DNA of 64,000 bases from Callorhinchus milii (taxonomy: Eukaryota), in contig NW_024704743.1 of assembly GCF_018977255.1 (NCBI RefSeq), forward strand, positions 101,930,001 to 101,994,000. Direction: 5' to 3'. Positions within the stretch are counted from its first letter, which is position 1. The number at the start of each line of letters is the position of its first letter. The notes below the pieces were generated by a model. It was not told the origin of the DNA. It saw nothing but the letters and a program-made list of their open reading frames with translations, and did no database searches. Shown here one piece after another: positions 50,441 through 63,384 of this stretch. A program made the translations under genes and the position numbers.

Positions 50441-51090
50441 ACAACAACCACAACAACAACAACGTGGATTTATATAGTGCCCTCCACGGCGGACGGCGTC
50501 TCAGAACGCTTCGCAGTAACGGATCCCCGGGCCAAGCCAGGGGGAGGGGGAGGAAAGTGACCAAAGGTGCGGTCGAAAAGAAAGGTCTTCAGCACAGACC
50601 TGAAAATAGGAAGAGAGGGAGTGAGGCGAAGGGAGTGAGGATAGGGAGTTCCAGAGCCTCGGGACATAGTGGCTGAAGGTACGGCCACCGAGGGTGGAGC
50701 GGAGGACTTGGGGGACAAGGAGGAGGCCAGACCTAGAAGAACGAAGGCAACGGGCACTGTGTTGAGGAGAGAGGGTCAGAGAGGTAGTGGGGTGCAGAGG
50801 AATGGAGGGACTTGAAGACAAGGGTGAGGATCTTGAAGTCGATCCTCTCTGGGACAGGCACCCAGTGCAGTCTGGCAAGTACTGGAGTAATCGGGGAGCG
50901 GAGTTTGGTGTGGGTAAGAATGCGGGCGGCAGAGTTTTGAATAATCTGGATTTTATGGATGGTAGTGAAGGGGAGGCCAGCAAGGAGGGCATTTGACTAG
51001 TCCAGCCGAGAGGTGACAAAGGCATGGACCAGGGTTTCAGCGGCTTTCGGAGAGGGGTATTGGGGGAGACAGGCAATGCGTCGGAGGTGT
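50441..51090 (-). mobile_element. L2 3' fragment
   Basis: STLGGRTFSHYVPRLWNSL; LKTFLFDRTFG; (TTG)n tail. Confidence 0.9.
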
Positions 51091-51440
51091 ATTAACTAAT
51101 TGCTCTGAAGAGCCATAGATATTTAGAGCACAAAAGAAAATAATTTCGCCCATCATATCTGCACTGGCTCTTTCAAAGAGCGCAGCTTTCATTCCTACTT
51201 ACCTGCCTTTTCCCCATACCTCTGTTGTGCATAATTAATACATGTTAATGGCATCTATTAAAAAGAAAAAAAATCTCAAATGGAATAAATTTCCTGTATT
51301 AACTCTATCATAGTTCATAATAAGTTTCCCTTGCTAAGGGAAAACTCATTCTCGCCAGTCGGGATTTCAGCCTTTCTACCCCTCTCTATGGAACTCCATT
51401 CCAAAGACCATTCAGCTCTCCCCTTCCACACTTCCTTCAA

Positions 51441-51692
51441 TAATAATAATAATCCTTGCATTTGATATAGCGCTTTTCACGTCGGGAGGACGTCCCAAAG
51501 CGCTTCACAGAACACACTGTAAAGTGAATTGACTCTATTTGTGGGCGAACGCGGCAGCCAATTGTGCACAGCAATGTCCCACAAACAGTCGTAGATTGAA
51601 AATGACCAATTTATTATTGTTTTTGGTTTTGGAGGGATTATTATTAGGCGTGTGGAGTAAGGAAACTTGCCCAAGGTTTCGCCCTGCCTGGA
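51441..51692 (-). mobile_element. Family A SINE (head truncated) inserted into a plus-strand L2 tail (~51340-51862)
   Basis: TTCAA duplicated at 51436-51440 and 51693-51697; the host L2 continues AAGGTCTGTCTCAAGATC. Confidence 0.93.
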
Positions 51693-52974
51693 TTCAAGGT
51701 CTGTCTCAAGATCTTACTCTTTGACCATGCTTTTGGCCATCTTCCCATCCCCTTGTCCCTACCCCCTTGGCCGCCACCCCAAGTTCGGGTGGAAACTAAG
51801 ACTGTCCAGCACCTGGATATCTTCCTGACTTGAAAGGCACTATATGAATATAAATTTGTATTACATTTTATTCTGGAAGTATAATATTTATAGTAATAAT
51901 AGTAATCCTTGCATTTAATATAGCATCTTTTAATTTGGGTGGATGTTTGTGCTTGAACAACAGACCTCTGAAATCATATGTTTGGGTATGATGGCCTTTC
52001 TCTTAGAATCATTAGACAGGATATTTTATAACAATATATATCAATATTCCTTACATTTGACATAGCACCTTTCACTTTGGAAGGAATCTCAAAGTACTTC
52101 ACAGCACATACTCTAAAGTATAGTGACACTGTGTTTTGTAGGTGAATGTGGCAGCTAATTTGGTTCAGTAAGGATATATTGAATTGGCTGTGTATTTTGT
52201 AACCCAATAAATCGGATATAAGGGATCTCAGGATCAGGTTGAAAATCTTCTTGAAAATGTGTGGGGTCACTTGACTGCTATTGCTTTTATAATGGTTCCA
52301 TCCACTATAAATACATACATACATAAGCATTGACCCAGCCTGTCCATGAATCCATAATTTGCATCTAACGTTATATTTACAATAATGCAGTATTGAATTA
52401 AACATCAAAATATCAAATTTAAGACTTGTAATTTTTGAAAGGTAACAATTATTTCCAAATATGAATCTATTTCACAATTTACTTATTAATGTATTTATTC
52501 ATAATTTGAGCAGGATTAAACAAAACCTGTCCTGGCTGTCCAAGAGGAACTTGTTTCAAAGTGCAAAAAAAGAAAGCATGCATAAATTCATAGGACATCG
52601 AAAAGAAAGAAAGTAAATGAAGTAGATTATAAGACTATACGTGCAACCTAATATGTACCACAAAAATACATAGTCACGAGACAGTACAGTTGAATCCTAT
52701 GAGATGCTTTGAGATAAATAATCCTTACATTTGACATAGCACCCGGTGTATTGATTCTGTATTTTGTACACAAACTCTGCAGCTAATTTGCACACAAGAA
52801 TGTCCCACAAGCAGCCAGAAGGTGAATGACCAATTTGATTTTTGGCCAGCAGGAGAAACTCCCTTCGCTCTTGGAGCAGTACCATAGGACCTTTAAACTC
52901 TACCTGAACAAACAGATGTTTCAATTTGGCTCTTCTGAAAGATGATACCTTCATCAATGCAGCACTCCCCTAAC

Positions 52975-54245
52975 ACCCTCCACATCGAACTGCATCCCAG
53001 AATGCTTAACAGTGATGGAGCCTGACGCCGAGCCAGGCGGAGGGGAAGGGGACCATAGCCATGGTCAAAGAGGAAGGTCTTCAGACGCAACCTGAAAATG
53101 GGAAAAGAGGCGGCAAGGCGAAGGGATTGAGGGAGGGAGTTCCATAGTTTCAGGGCTCAGTGGCTGAAGGCACGGCCACTGATGGTGGAGCGAAGGATTC
53201 GAGGGATAAGGAGGAGGCTGGAGCCAGTAGAGCAGAGAGGTGGTTGGAAAGGTAGGGAGGTGTCAAGGCATGGAGGGATTTAAACACTAGAGTGAGGATC
53301 TTGAAGTTGTTCTGCTCTGTGACAGGGAGCCAGTGGAGTTTTGCAAGGAATGGAGTAATTGGGGTACGGAGATTAGTGTGGGTGAGAAGGTGTAGTTTTG
53401 GATGAGTTGAATTTTGTGAATAGTGGAGGAGGGGAAAGCAGTGAGGAGGGCATTTGAGTAGTCCAGCAAGGAGGTGACGAAGACGTGGACAAGGGTTTTA
53501 GCAGCTTGTGGAGTGAGATATTGTTGGAGATGGGCAGTGTGGTGGAGATGTAGGAAAGTGGTCCTGGTTAGGGACTGGATGTGGGGGAGGAAGGATAACT
53601 GGGATCGAACCTGATGCCTAAGTTATGCACAGGTTCAGAGAGGTTTAAGGATAGATCAAGTAGGTCGAGGAGGTCAGAACCACAGGATAGAAGACGCCTT
53701 GTTGAAGTTTAACTGCAAGAAATTTGCACTCATCCAAGCCTCGATATCTGTCAGATAAGCTGACAGAACATCAGGGGACTTGGGGTCGCAGCTGGAGGAG
53801 GAAGAGAAGTAGAGTTGAGTGTCATCTGCATACATGTGAAGGTTAACCCTGTGTCTGCAGATGACATCACTGAGAGGGAGAATATAGATGAGTAAAAGAA
53901 GGGGGTCAAGGATGGATCCTGGGGTACCCCACAAGTGACTGGGTGAGGGTGAGAAGTAAAGTCATTTGCGGAAATGTAGTGCTGGCGGTTTGTAAGGTAG
54001 GACTCGAACCAAGCGAGCGTGGTCCCACTGAGGTGGATGATGGAGGACAGACAGTGGAGAAGGATGGCGTGATTGACTGTGTCTAATGTGGTGGAGAAGT
54101 CTAGGAGGACAAGGAGGCAGAGGGAGCCCTGGTCACAGATAGAGAGGACATCCTTTGTGCCTTTCACGAGCAGTATCTTTGTACTCTGGGCAGGGCGGAA
54201 ACCGGACTAGATGGGTTTGAGTAGATTGTCCAAGTAGGGTGTTGA
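52975..54245 (-). mobile_element. L2 LINE RT plus 3' end, frameshifted
   Basis: DQGSLCLLVLLDFSTTLDTVNH..WFESYLTNR..GVPQ; HMYADDTQLYF; WMSANFLQLN. Confidence 0.95.
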
Positions 54246-54924
54246 GTACGGTGACACAACACTAGAGTGCCAGCCTAGATTATATGAGTACAAATTATTT
54301 GAACAAATATTTGTTCCATTTCTAAACATCTGAATATATGATTTTGTTCTGGACTAGTGTTTGATTGAATGAGCTCTATAACTGACTAGAGAACATAGAA
54401 CTGATGAAAACATTAAAGCAACAGCTATTCAAGAGGTAAGCCTATTCAATCATGCTGTAGTCATTAGTAAGTAGTTCAGGGCTAGAGCATTTTTATGTCC
54501 ACGTTTTGTTCTTTTTTCCCACTGCTGATTACGAGGATTTAATTTGGTTTGAAAATGTTATTTGTCACTTAGTTTCTTTGTTGAATGTTGAATTAGAAGT
54601 TTGAACATGTCAATACTTTTTTAACTGCTTGAATGAAAAATTAATTAACACTGCTGTCTCCCTCCCTCCACTCTAGTAATTACTATGATTAAAACGTCAG
54701 CTCTTGCTGATGCCTTGGCACCCGGGTTGCAGTGATAGACATAGGTAAGAACATAAGAAGACTGAGAAAAGGTCATTTAGAGTATTAAGAATATTAAGCT
54801 AGCTTCTTCATGGATGATAAACAAGTATCTTTTCATAGTGTCAACCTGGCTCAGTTTGTAGCTCTCTCACGTTTGAGAGTATGATTCTCTCATTTGAGTT
54901 TCAACTATTGTCCTGACCAACAAT

Positions 54925-55205
54925 CTTGCTCTCGCAAGTGAGAGACCTGCGTTTGATTCACGGCAAGGCAAAACCTTGGGTAAGTTTCCTTACTCCACAC
55001 GCCTGTTAATAATCCCTCAAGAAAAAAACAATAATAAGTTGGTCACTTAAATCCATGAATGTTTGTGGGACACTGCTGTGCACAAATGGCTGCCGCGTTT
55101 TGCCCACAAATATAGAGTCAGCTCATTTTACAATATATTCTGTGAAGTGCTTTGAGATGTCTAGAACACGTGAAAAATGCTATATAAAATGCAAGGATTA
55201 TTACT
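54925..55205 (+). mobile_element. Family A SINE nested in a SacSINE1-like copy (~54840-55385)
   Basis: CTCGCAAGTGAGAGACCTG..AACCTTGGGTAAGTTTCCTTACTCCACACGCC..GCAAGGATTATTA; host head precedes and host tail follows. Confidence 0.85.
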
Positions 55206-56808
55206 TTATTAGAATCCTGCAGATAAATTTGATCATCCTCTTTATGGCTGTTTACGTGACATTGCTGTGCGCAAAATGGCTGCTTTGTTTGCCTGCAAAT
55301 AAATGGTCACTACACTTTACAATAACTTCTCTGAAGCATTTTGAGACAGTTTGATGATGTGATAAAGTGCTATATCAAATGTGTGGGCACCCTGGAAAAA
55401 TGAGACAAAATGGGCTGAAGGGACATCGTCATCCAATGTTACGATGTTGAAGTATGTATGAAATGTATGAAAATTGCTCTATGTCTGGAATGGATAACTA
55501 TCCCTCCCCAGCGGGATGCACCTGCTTATGTGATTCCGGAACATATTATGCACAGTCCTAATAACAACCTTGCCATTGTAAGCACTGTCTGTCAAGGTTC
55601 TCACTGTTTGTGAAGCTAGGAAAGCCCTATCCAATAGGTTAAGGTCTTGTAAGGTTAACATGAGTCAAATAGGAAAAATCACTACTGCCAGTGACTGTCT
55701 GGTCTGCTCTCCAAGTCCTGCCAAAAAGGCATCAGCAGTGCCTTAATGCACTACAGACCCACTGTGCTAAGGAACTGGATTGTGAAGACCGTTACAAAGA
55801 GTTGACTTGATTCTGATATTCCATTGTCAAGCATGTAATTTTATAACTAGTTCAACCTCAACCTCAACTATGGTTGCTGTATTGCTTATGATAGTCACTA
55901 ATTGACTATTTGATGTCCAACAAGTGACTTTACTTCACTAGGTGGATAGCAGATAGCAGCAACTTCCTGTGAGCTTCCTGGGGAGCAACATAGCACAACG
56001 TGAAATATGTTAGTATTGCCACTAACCTCTTGCCCACCACAGACACTCATGCCTACCAATTGTGCAATGGTTCCACTATTTGGATGTGCAGTACTTGAGC
56101 AACAGCTAGCTTCCAATCAGGGTGAAATTTGAATGAATTTAATAATCTGGGGGAAATTGCCTCATAAATAAACAAATATATAAATTTATTCTTCAATATC
56201 AAGGCATTAGGTCAGGGGCAACAGAATTTTCTTGAATCTATTTGATATGAAGTGGAGTCAGAATTTTTTTCATTACTTTGAATTATTGCTTAAATATAAA
56301 AATGTCTCACTTTGAAGCTCATGAAGGAAATAAAATGGAAAGTGTTCAGGTCATAAGTGAGTCAATTGATCACTCTGCAGACTCAGGTAGACTCAATGGG
56401 AGATCAATTTGTTCCGGACTCCCTCCTAATATAAATGCAGCAGAATAGCAGTGTACCTTCATGAACATCGAGTCATATGTGCTGCATGTAGCTGTCCAAA
56501 AATACAATGAACTAATAGAATTAATTTCTCCCTGAGCAGCATTGTGGAGTTATGTTGTCCTTATTTTTAGGTGATGCACATATTTAACAGTGTTGAGCAT
56601 CGGAATTGATGCCTACATAATAAAGTAATAAAAAAAACTATGTTGCCATTATTGGCAAAAGGGCCAACAAATGTAAGCAGCATTCTTTTTCAGGAAATTC
56701 CCTTATGACACATGGAGTCATACATCTTTGGCTCCGATGAGTCACTGGATCCAAACTTTCAGGCATCAGAGTAATATACATGGAATTTCCCTGGAGTAAT
56801 CACTGTTT

Positions 56809-57430
56809 ATTCAGAACTCATTCAGAAGTCATTCAGAACTCTGCAGCTCGTGTACTGTCCCGCACCAGGCTTCGGGACCACATCACTCCTACCCTCGCTC
56901 ACCTCCACTGGCTCCCCATCCCCCAGAGGATTGATTTCAAGATCCTCATCCTCACCTACAAGGCCATTCACGGCCTTGCTCCCTCCTACCTCTCCAACCT
57001 ACTATCCCCCTACCTACCTGCCCGTAACCTCCGTTCCTCTGGCTCCGGTCTGCTCCGCGTCCCCCGCCCCAACCGCCCTACTATCGGTGGTCGGGCCTTC
57101 AGCCTCTCAGCCCCGAGGCTCTGGAACTCCATCCCCCAGTGCCTTCGCCTTGCTTCCTCCCTTTCCTCCTTCAAGGCCGGTCTCAAAACCTTTCTCTTTG
57201 ACCGTGCCTTCAGCTCCCCTCTCGACTCTCTTCCTCCTCCTCGCTCCCTCCCTTCCCTCCCCTCACCCTGACCATTTCCCCCCTCCTCTCTCCCTCCCTT
57301 CCCTCCCCTCACCCTGACCATTTCCCCCCTGCTCGGGTCATGACCCAACTGTGCAGCGCCTTGGGACGTCCTCCTGACGTGAAAGGCGCTCTATAAATGG
57401 AATCTTGTTGTTGTTGTTGTTGTTGTTGTT
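56809..57430 (+). mobile_element. Young 5'-truncated L2 with uninterrupted ORF2 C-terminus
   Basis: IQNSAARVLSRTRLRDHITPTLAHLHWLP..KAIHGLAPSYL..GRAFSLSAPRLWNSIP; CpGs intact; (TTG)n tail; TGTTTA at both ends. Confidence 0.97.
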
Positions 57431-57498
57431 TACATTGTAAGACTTTTGCTGCTTCTGATTGCTTTCTCGTGAATTCCAGGTACAAACATGCAATTATA

Positions 57499-57752
57499 GT
57501 CAGCCTGGCTCAGTTGGTAGCAATGTTGCCTCTATTTCCGAAGGTTGATAGTTCAAGCTCCACTCCCAGACCTTTAACGCATTGTCTAGACAGACACTTC
57601 AATTCTGTGCTGGGGATGTGCTACGTTGTTAGAGGTGCCATCCTTCAGGTGTGACATTAAACCAAGGTTCTATTTGCCTGTTCAGGTGGATATAAAGATA
57701 CCATGAGAAGGATGTTTTCCCCGATGTCCTGGCCAACAATCCCCTAGATAAA
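57499..57752 (+). mobile_element. SacSINE1-like SINE 5' half
   Basis: GTCAGCCTGGCTCAGTTGGTAGCA head; GCCTGTTCAGGTGGA; TGTCCTGGCCAACAATCCCC. Confidence 0.85.
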
Positions 57753-59051
57753 ACACCCCAGCCTCAGTTGTGCGATTGCCCTATTGAACTTCCTAACTAT
57801 ATTGTTAGCGAGTGCTGTGGAAACCAGGCTGTAAATGGGAAGCTGCTACCCACTAGTTGGATGGTGCTGGGGCAGATGTGTGCATCCCCTGGAATATCTT
57901 GGTGTATCTGAACCAATGAACAATTCTCCAGTCATTGCCAATATCTCTTTCAACCTTTGTCTTACCTGGACTGATCCTGATAGTCATTTGTTAATTTGAT
58001 ACAAATACACATACCTGCAATATTTGGCTTCACTTTTGCTCCTTTGAGCATTTCTGTCATTTGATGTTCTCATCCATACAGCAGCCTATTTCCCCAGCAG
58101 CTTGATGGACGCAAAATGTTCTTTCCATTATGATCCAGCTTTGTGCAGGAGTATGAGAATTATCCTGAGATTGCCAACTCTTTAAATTCCACTGAACTGA
58201 TTTTGGGAAGCAGAAGACCTCAGCTTGGAGAAATTAATTTGTGACATAATTTGTAGACTAGGAAAGCCGCTCACATTCAAACTGAACCAAAATAAATAAA
58301 GAATGCATAAGATACATATTGCAGCTGCAACGCCCATCACAATTGTGTCATAAATTAACTGGGACCTAGAACAAAGGAAAATTTGATTGCTTCTCATGTT
58401 GCAAGAATTGAAACAAATTTATAGATTATTTGTGAACCAAACATAGAGCCTCAAGTAAATGAAACCTTCACAGTCTCTGGCTACAGCCATCAAAATAAAA
58501 GCAGCAGCTGCGAGCTGTAGGATAATGTAATATTGTGTGTTATTTGAAATCTAATGAAAATGTTGGTTTCTGAAATGCTGCAGATTGCCATCTGTCCCAA
58601 AGATGGATGAAGCCAGGGAGTTCCATAGCTTCGGCATTTTTGAGTGAAAGGATTGTGAATGAGCTGCATGGTGAGAATTTCTGATGGTGAGGCATAGTTG
58701 CGATGGTGAAACGACTACATATTGAAATGAGGGGAGATGGTAAATAAGTGTCACACTGATTTATTTTCAGCAACTATGTCCCTAACCTCTGGAACTCGTT
58801 GCCTCTAACCTTTCCATTTTGCCCCCTCTTTGTATCCTAGTTTTATTTGGGGATTGTTGTCCAGGACACCAGGAGAATCTCCCTTCTTATTTTGAATAGT
58901 GCCATGGGAGCTTTAACGTCCATCTGTCACAAAGATAGATGAAGCCAGGAAGTTCCATAGCTTTGGCATTCTTGAATGAAAGTGCTGCATCGTGTGTATA
59001 TGTCACAAAATGGGTAAATGGACAGGTCTACTTTGTAGTTCAAATTACTTA

Positions 59052-59478
59052 TTAATAATAATAATCCTTGTATTTGATATGGCACCTTATCACATTGTTG
59101 AGATGACTCAAAGCACTTTGTGGGATATACTCTTAAAGTTGTCCTAAATTTTTAAAAATGTTTAAAATTGTCAAAATATACTCAGTATTTGTGGCCCCGC
59201 AGGAATGTCCTACAAATAGCCATGGAGTTAGTGATCAATTATACTTGGAGGATTGTTGGATACCGGGAGAAACTCCTTTCTCTTTTCGAATAGTGCTTTA
59301 ATATCCACCTGCACACACAGATGGGACCTTGTTTTAATGTCTCATTCAAAGGATGGCACTCCCACAATGCATTAGACTGTCAGCTAAGACTATATGATTC
59401 CAAGTCTCAATGTGGGACTTAAACCCACAACCTTCTGACTCAGAGGCGAGAGTGCTACCACTGCGCCAGGTTGATACA
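59052..59478 (-). mobile_element. Full-length SacSINE1-like SINE
   Basis: (AAT)n tail to head ACCCACAACCTTCTGACTCAGAGGCGAGAGTGCTACCACTGCGCCAGG. Confidence 0.88.
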
Positions 59479-61227
59479 GTCAAACTTTGTCTAGAGATAC
59501 AACACTTTAGAATAAATCCTATGAAACACATTGAAATACATTGACATCATGATCATCATCAACCAATTATAGTTTTTATTACTTACTAAAACAATGTTTT
59601 AGGTACTATACAGTGATAGGGTGCTTGAGAGTGATTGAGACTGGTTCTTCCATATGAAAAGCATGAAGACATTTTCCCTTTTCTGGGACCACTTTTTTGT
59701 CATTTGGTGTGACTGAATCAGATGATATTGAAACATTAAAGATTTGCAGGAAGGTGACTTTTCTTATAATCTTAACATTGCTGCACAGAAAGGATGGATC
59801 AGAATGAATGATCTTCACAATTAACATTATTCATATGATATATGAAGCCAGCTGGCATATGGAAACAGAAGATTCTTCAGACTTACAGATGGTATTAATT
59901 CCTGAATTTCTTGGGCTATTTTATTCTATCAATATTCCAAATGTATTTATTTTTAAAATTGCAATTGCTTTTTAAATTATTTCTCAGTTTGATTCAGTGC
60001 CTTGTGAAATTTCCTATGAAAGCTCTCCTGATTAATCTAAACTCTAAACTCCTGATTAATCTAAACTGAGTTCTTGTGAATTACATTTTTTACTTCAAGA
60101 AAGTCAATACCAGAGAAAGGAGTTAATTCAGTGGAGGTGAAAATGTTTCATAACACAGTCACTGCAATGAATATCATATCAAATCTATTATTTAACATTA
60201 TATTGCTTCATCTTTAGCTAAAGACTAGCTGTAGGTGTGAAACATCATCTCTTCTCCCCACAGTTTTGGCATGGATGGTTGAACTCAAAACTGGTTCCAA
60301 GATCTTTAGGGCCACTCAAATTTTTGTGGCCAACAATTATGCCAAAATTATGTGACTGAAAGGGGATGGGGTGGAGAGGAGCAGGGAAGAGGTCATTTTC
60401 ACACCTACTTGCATGCTTTTGGAATAGATGGAAAAGTATAAGGTTTCATTACAGATTCAATGTATTAATGATCACATTAAATCTATTAGAGAACCCCTCA
60501 TCTTTCACTCCAATCTTTCTCTGATGATTGTGTGCAAATATGGAAGTGACAGCCTATTCAAGTACAATGCTCAAAATGACACTGATTTCGGAATGAATTT
60601 TGTTGCGTCAAGGAAGATTAAAACAACTAAAGTGTTTGTATATGATCTGTCATACTTTCTTCCATTTATTGAATAGTGCCATAGGATCTTTAACATCCAC
60701 CTAAACATGCAAACCAGTCTTTGTTTTAAAGTCTCATCCAAAGTGCGGCACTTTTGACAATACATCACTTCCCTAAAGTACCAGCTTGGACAGTGAGCTC
60801 TAATTTAGNTTTTTTTATATTTCCCACATTTTTGGAATTATTCATAGGATTATTTCAGTTTGTATTTTTCCACTGAATTGCCTTGCATAATTCAGCTTCT
60901 GAGCATTGTGTTTATCATCTATTTTCCAAGGTTTCATTGTATAATGTGGGCCATGTATGAGGGGCAGCTCCAGCATTTCTCTAATGGTTGGTGTGCTCGG
61001 AGTGTGGGTTTAAATGCTCTTGTGTAGTATCACTCCAGAAAGGGTCTCAACAGTTCTAATTTGTTTCATGGAAAATAGAGACAGAAAAAAAATGGATTTT
61101 GCATAGATTTGAGTACGTTGCTGTAAATTAGTTTTTGTCTACTTTAGATATTGCCTGCATTGTCTCTTTGAGGTTTCAGTGTGATTCAGTTGGTAGCACT
61201 CTTACTTCTGAGACACTTACTTTTACT

Positions 61228-62332
61228 TAGGAGGGGGCAAGGCTATGAATGACCTTGAAAGTGAGCACGAGGAACTTGAATTTGATCCTCTGGGGGATGG
61301 GGAGCCAGTGGAATCGGGTGAGGATGAGAGTGATCCGGTCACGGAGCCTGGTATGTGAGAGCACACGAGCTGCAGAGTTTTGGATGATCTGCAGCTTGTG
61401 AAGGGAAGAGTTGGGAAGGCCGATGAGGAGGGAGGGAGTTTCCATAATCGAGTCTTGAAGTGATGAATGGTGGGTGAGGGTTTCGGCAGCCTAAGGGGTG
61501 AGGCAGTGGCGGAGTCTGGCAATGTTACGGAGGTGGTAGTAAGCAATGCTGGTCATGGCGCGGAGTGTGAGAGAAAGGACAGTTCAGGGTCAAACAAGAC
61601 ACCCAGGTTCCTGACTGGTTTAGTGAGGTTGACTATGCAGCCGTGGAGGCTGATGCTGCCAGCGCCCGAGGGGTGGAGGCGTTGGCGTGAGCCAATCAGA
61701 AAGGCCTCGGTCTTGCTGACGTTCATTTGGAGAAAGTTGACCCTCGTCAAGGACTTGATATCGGACAGGCAGTTGGCCAGGAAGCCAGTAGTCTTGAAGT
61801 TGAGGGTGGAGGTAGAGAGATGGAATTGGGTGTCATTTGCATACAAGTGGAAATTTACCCCATGTCTGTGAATGATGTCACCGAAGGGGAACATGTAGAA
61901 AGTGAAGAGGAGGGAACCGAGGACAGAGCCCTGAGGACACTGCACGAGACCGTGCGGAGGTTGGAGGAAAAGCCGTTTGTTGAGACGAAGTACAGGCAAT
62001 GTGAAAGGTAGGACCTGAACTAGTCAAGGACAGAAACTTGAGGGTTGAGGTGAGAGGATAGATGGTGGAGGAGGATTGAGTGATCTATAGTATCAAAGGC
62101 AGCGGAGAGGTCGAGGAGGACGAGGAGGCAGAGGGAGCCCTGGTCACACATGGTCAGGATGGCATTTGTGACCTTGACCAGAGCAGTTTCCGTGCTGTGG
62201 GCAGCACAGAAACCGGATTGCAGGGGCTCATGGAGGGAATGGGAGGAGAGGAAAGAGCGAAGTTGGGAGGCAACAGCTCTCTCAAGGACCTGAGACATAA
62301 AAGGGAGGTGGGAGATGGGCCGGTAGCTGGAT
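61228..62332 (-). mobile_element. L2 LINE RT domain fragment, frameshifted
   Basis: [66 protein letters not shown]. Confidence 0.95.
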
Positions 62333-63068
62333 AGCTGTGATGTCTGTATGTGGTATTGCCCTCAACAATACTGAAGAGATGTACAAACGATTATTGATCC
62401 TTTGGGAGCTAAATTTGTTTCAGAATATTCAAAATGGGCACATTTTCATCACATAGCATCTGGACAAGGATTTTATTTTCAGTGCTTTTCTATTGTTCAC
62501 GATAGAGTATATTAAAACATCACATTTGCTTTAAAGGGGTCTCATTGTTCTATGATTAAGCTGCCTTAGCCTTCTTGTGTGAAAAATACTGTCATAGTTG
62601 TCAAAGGTTAATGGCTGAATGATGACAATTCACAGCTAATTATCATGCACAGTCCAATGTTCACTTCACTACCAATGTATCACTTATCCAGCAGTGTCCA
62701 ATCTCAGAATCCTTTTCTATTATTGATTTTGACAAGCGGGCTCTGCTGCCACCTCAAACATATTATCTGGGTAATTATCCTCGGATTCATTTTCAGCTAA
62801 TACACCCCTAATAAGAGACTTTCTCGTCTTTATCACACAATATTACTGCAAGGAGTTTGCCTAGAACTCAATAAGAAAGCCTGCCCTGACATTTCTCAAA
62901 AGTAAATTAATATTGAATGTCTTTCTAAGGTGCAACTATATATAATACTCCACATTAAATGTTTGTAAGAAAATCATGAAGCCTTTGCTAAAAGAATCCT
63001 TACTACAATGCTGTATCTTGTTTTTCTTTTATCATTCAGGAAATAAAAAAACTGTCTATAGTCTAGAG

Positions 63069-63314
63069 CAGCGGTGGCCAACCTGTGGTCTGGAAGTGGC
63101 TTATGGGGCCATCAAGAAGTACCCCTCCCACACACCCCCATTGTCTAGGAATGTCCATATCCGATTGGTAGTGTATTTTCAGTATTTTATTCATTGAAAG
63201 TTTCTTGATTTAATGGCATAAATCAAGAAATATTTAATCAATAACGTTTGTTTTGTTGGCTGATTAAATTCTCCTAATTTCTAAATGCTCTATTAACTTT
63301 GTTGGCCACCACTG
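63069..63314. mobile_element. hAT-like (Charlie-type) MITE, 246 bp
   Basis: TIRs CAGCGGTGGCCAAC / GTTGGCCACCACTG (13/14); 8-bp flanks GTCTAGAG and GTCTAGTC (6/8), fitting the NTCTAGAN target preference. Confidence 0.85.
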
Positions 63315-63384
63315 GTCTAGTCTATGGGTTCTTTATTTATTTCCTGCTGAAGTTAATTACTTCACAATTTGGTATGGTAATGAT

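Noticed and set aside
60025..60067. Short tandem duplications (also ~20145, ~34150, ~57245)
   Set aside because: Ordinary slippage products; no regular repeat-spacer array, so nothing CRISPR-like.
60809..60809. Single N next to a T run
   Set aside because: Assembly ambiguity or contig join, not biology; adjacency across it is uncertain.
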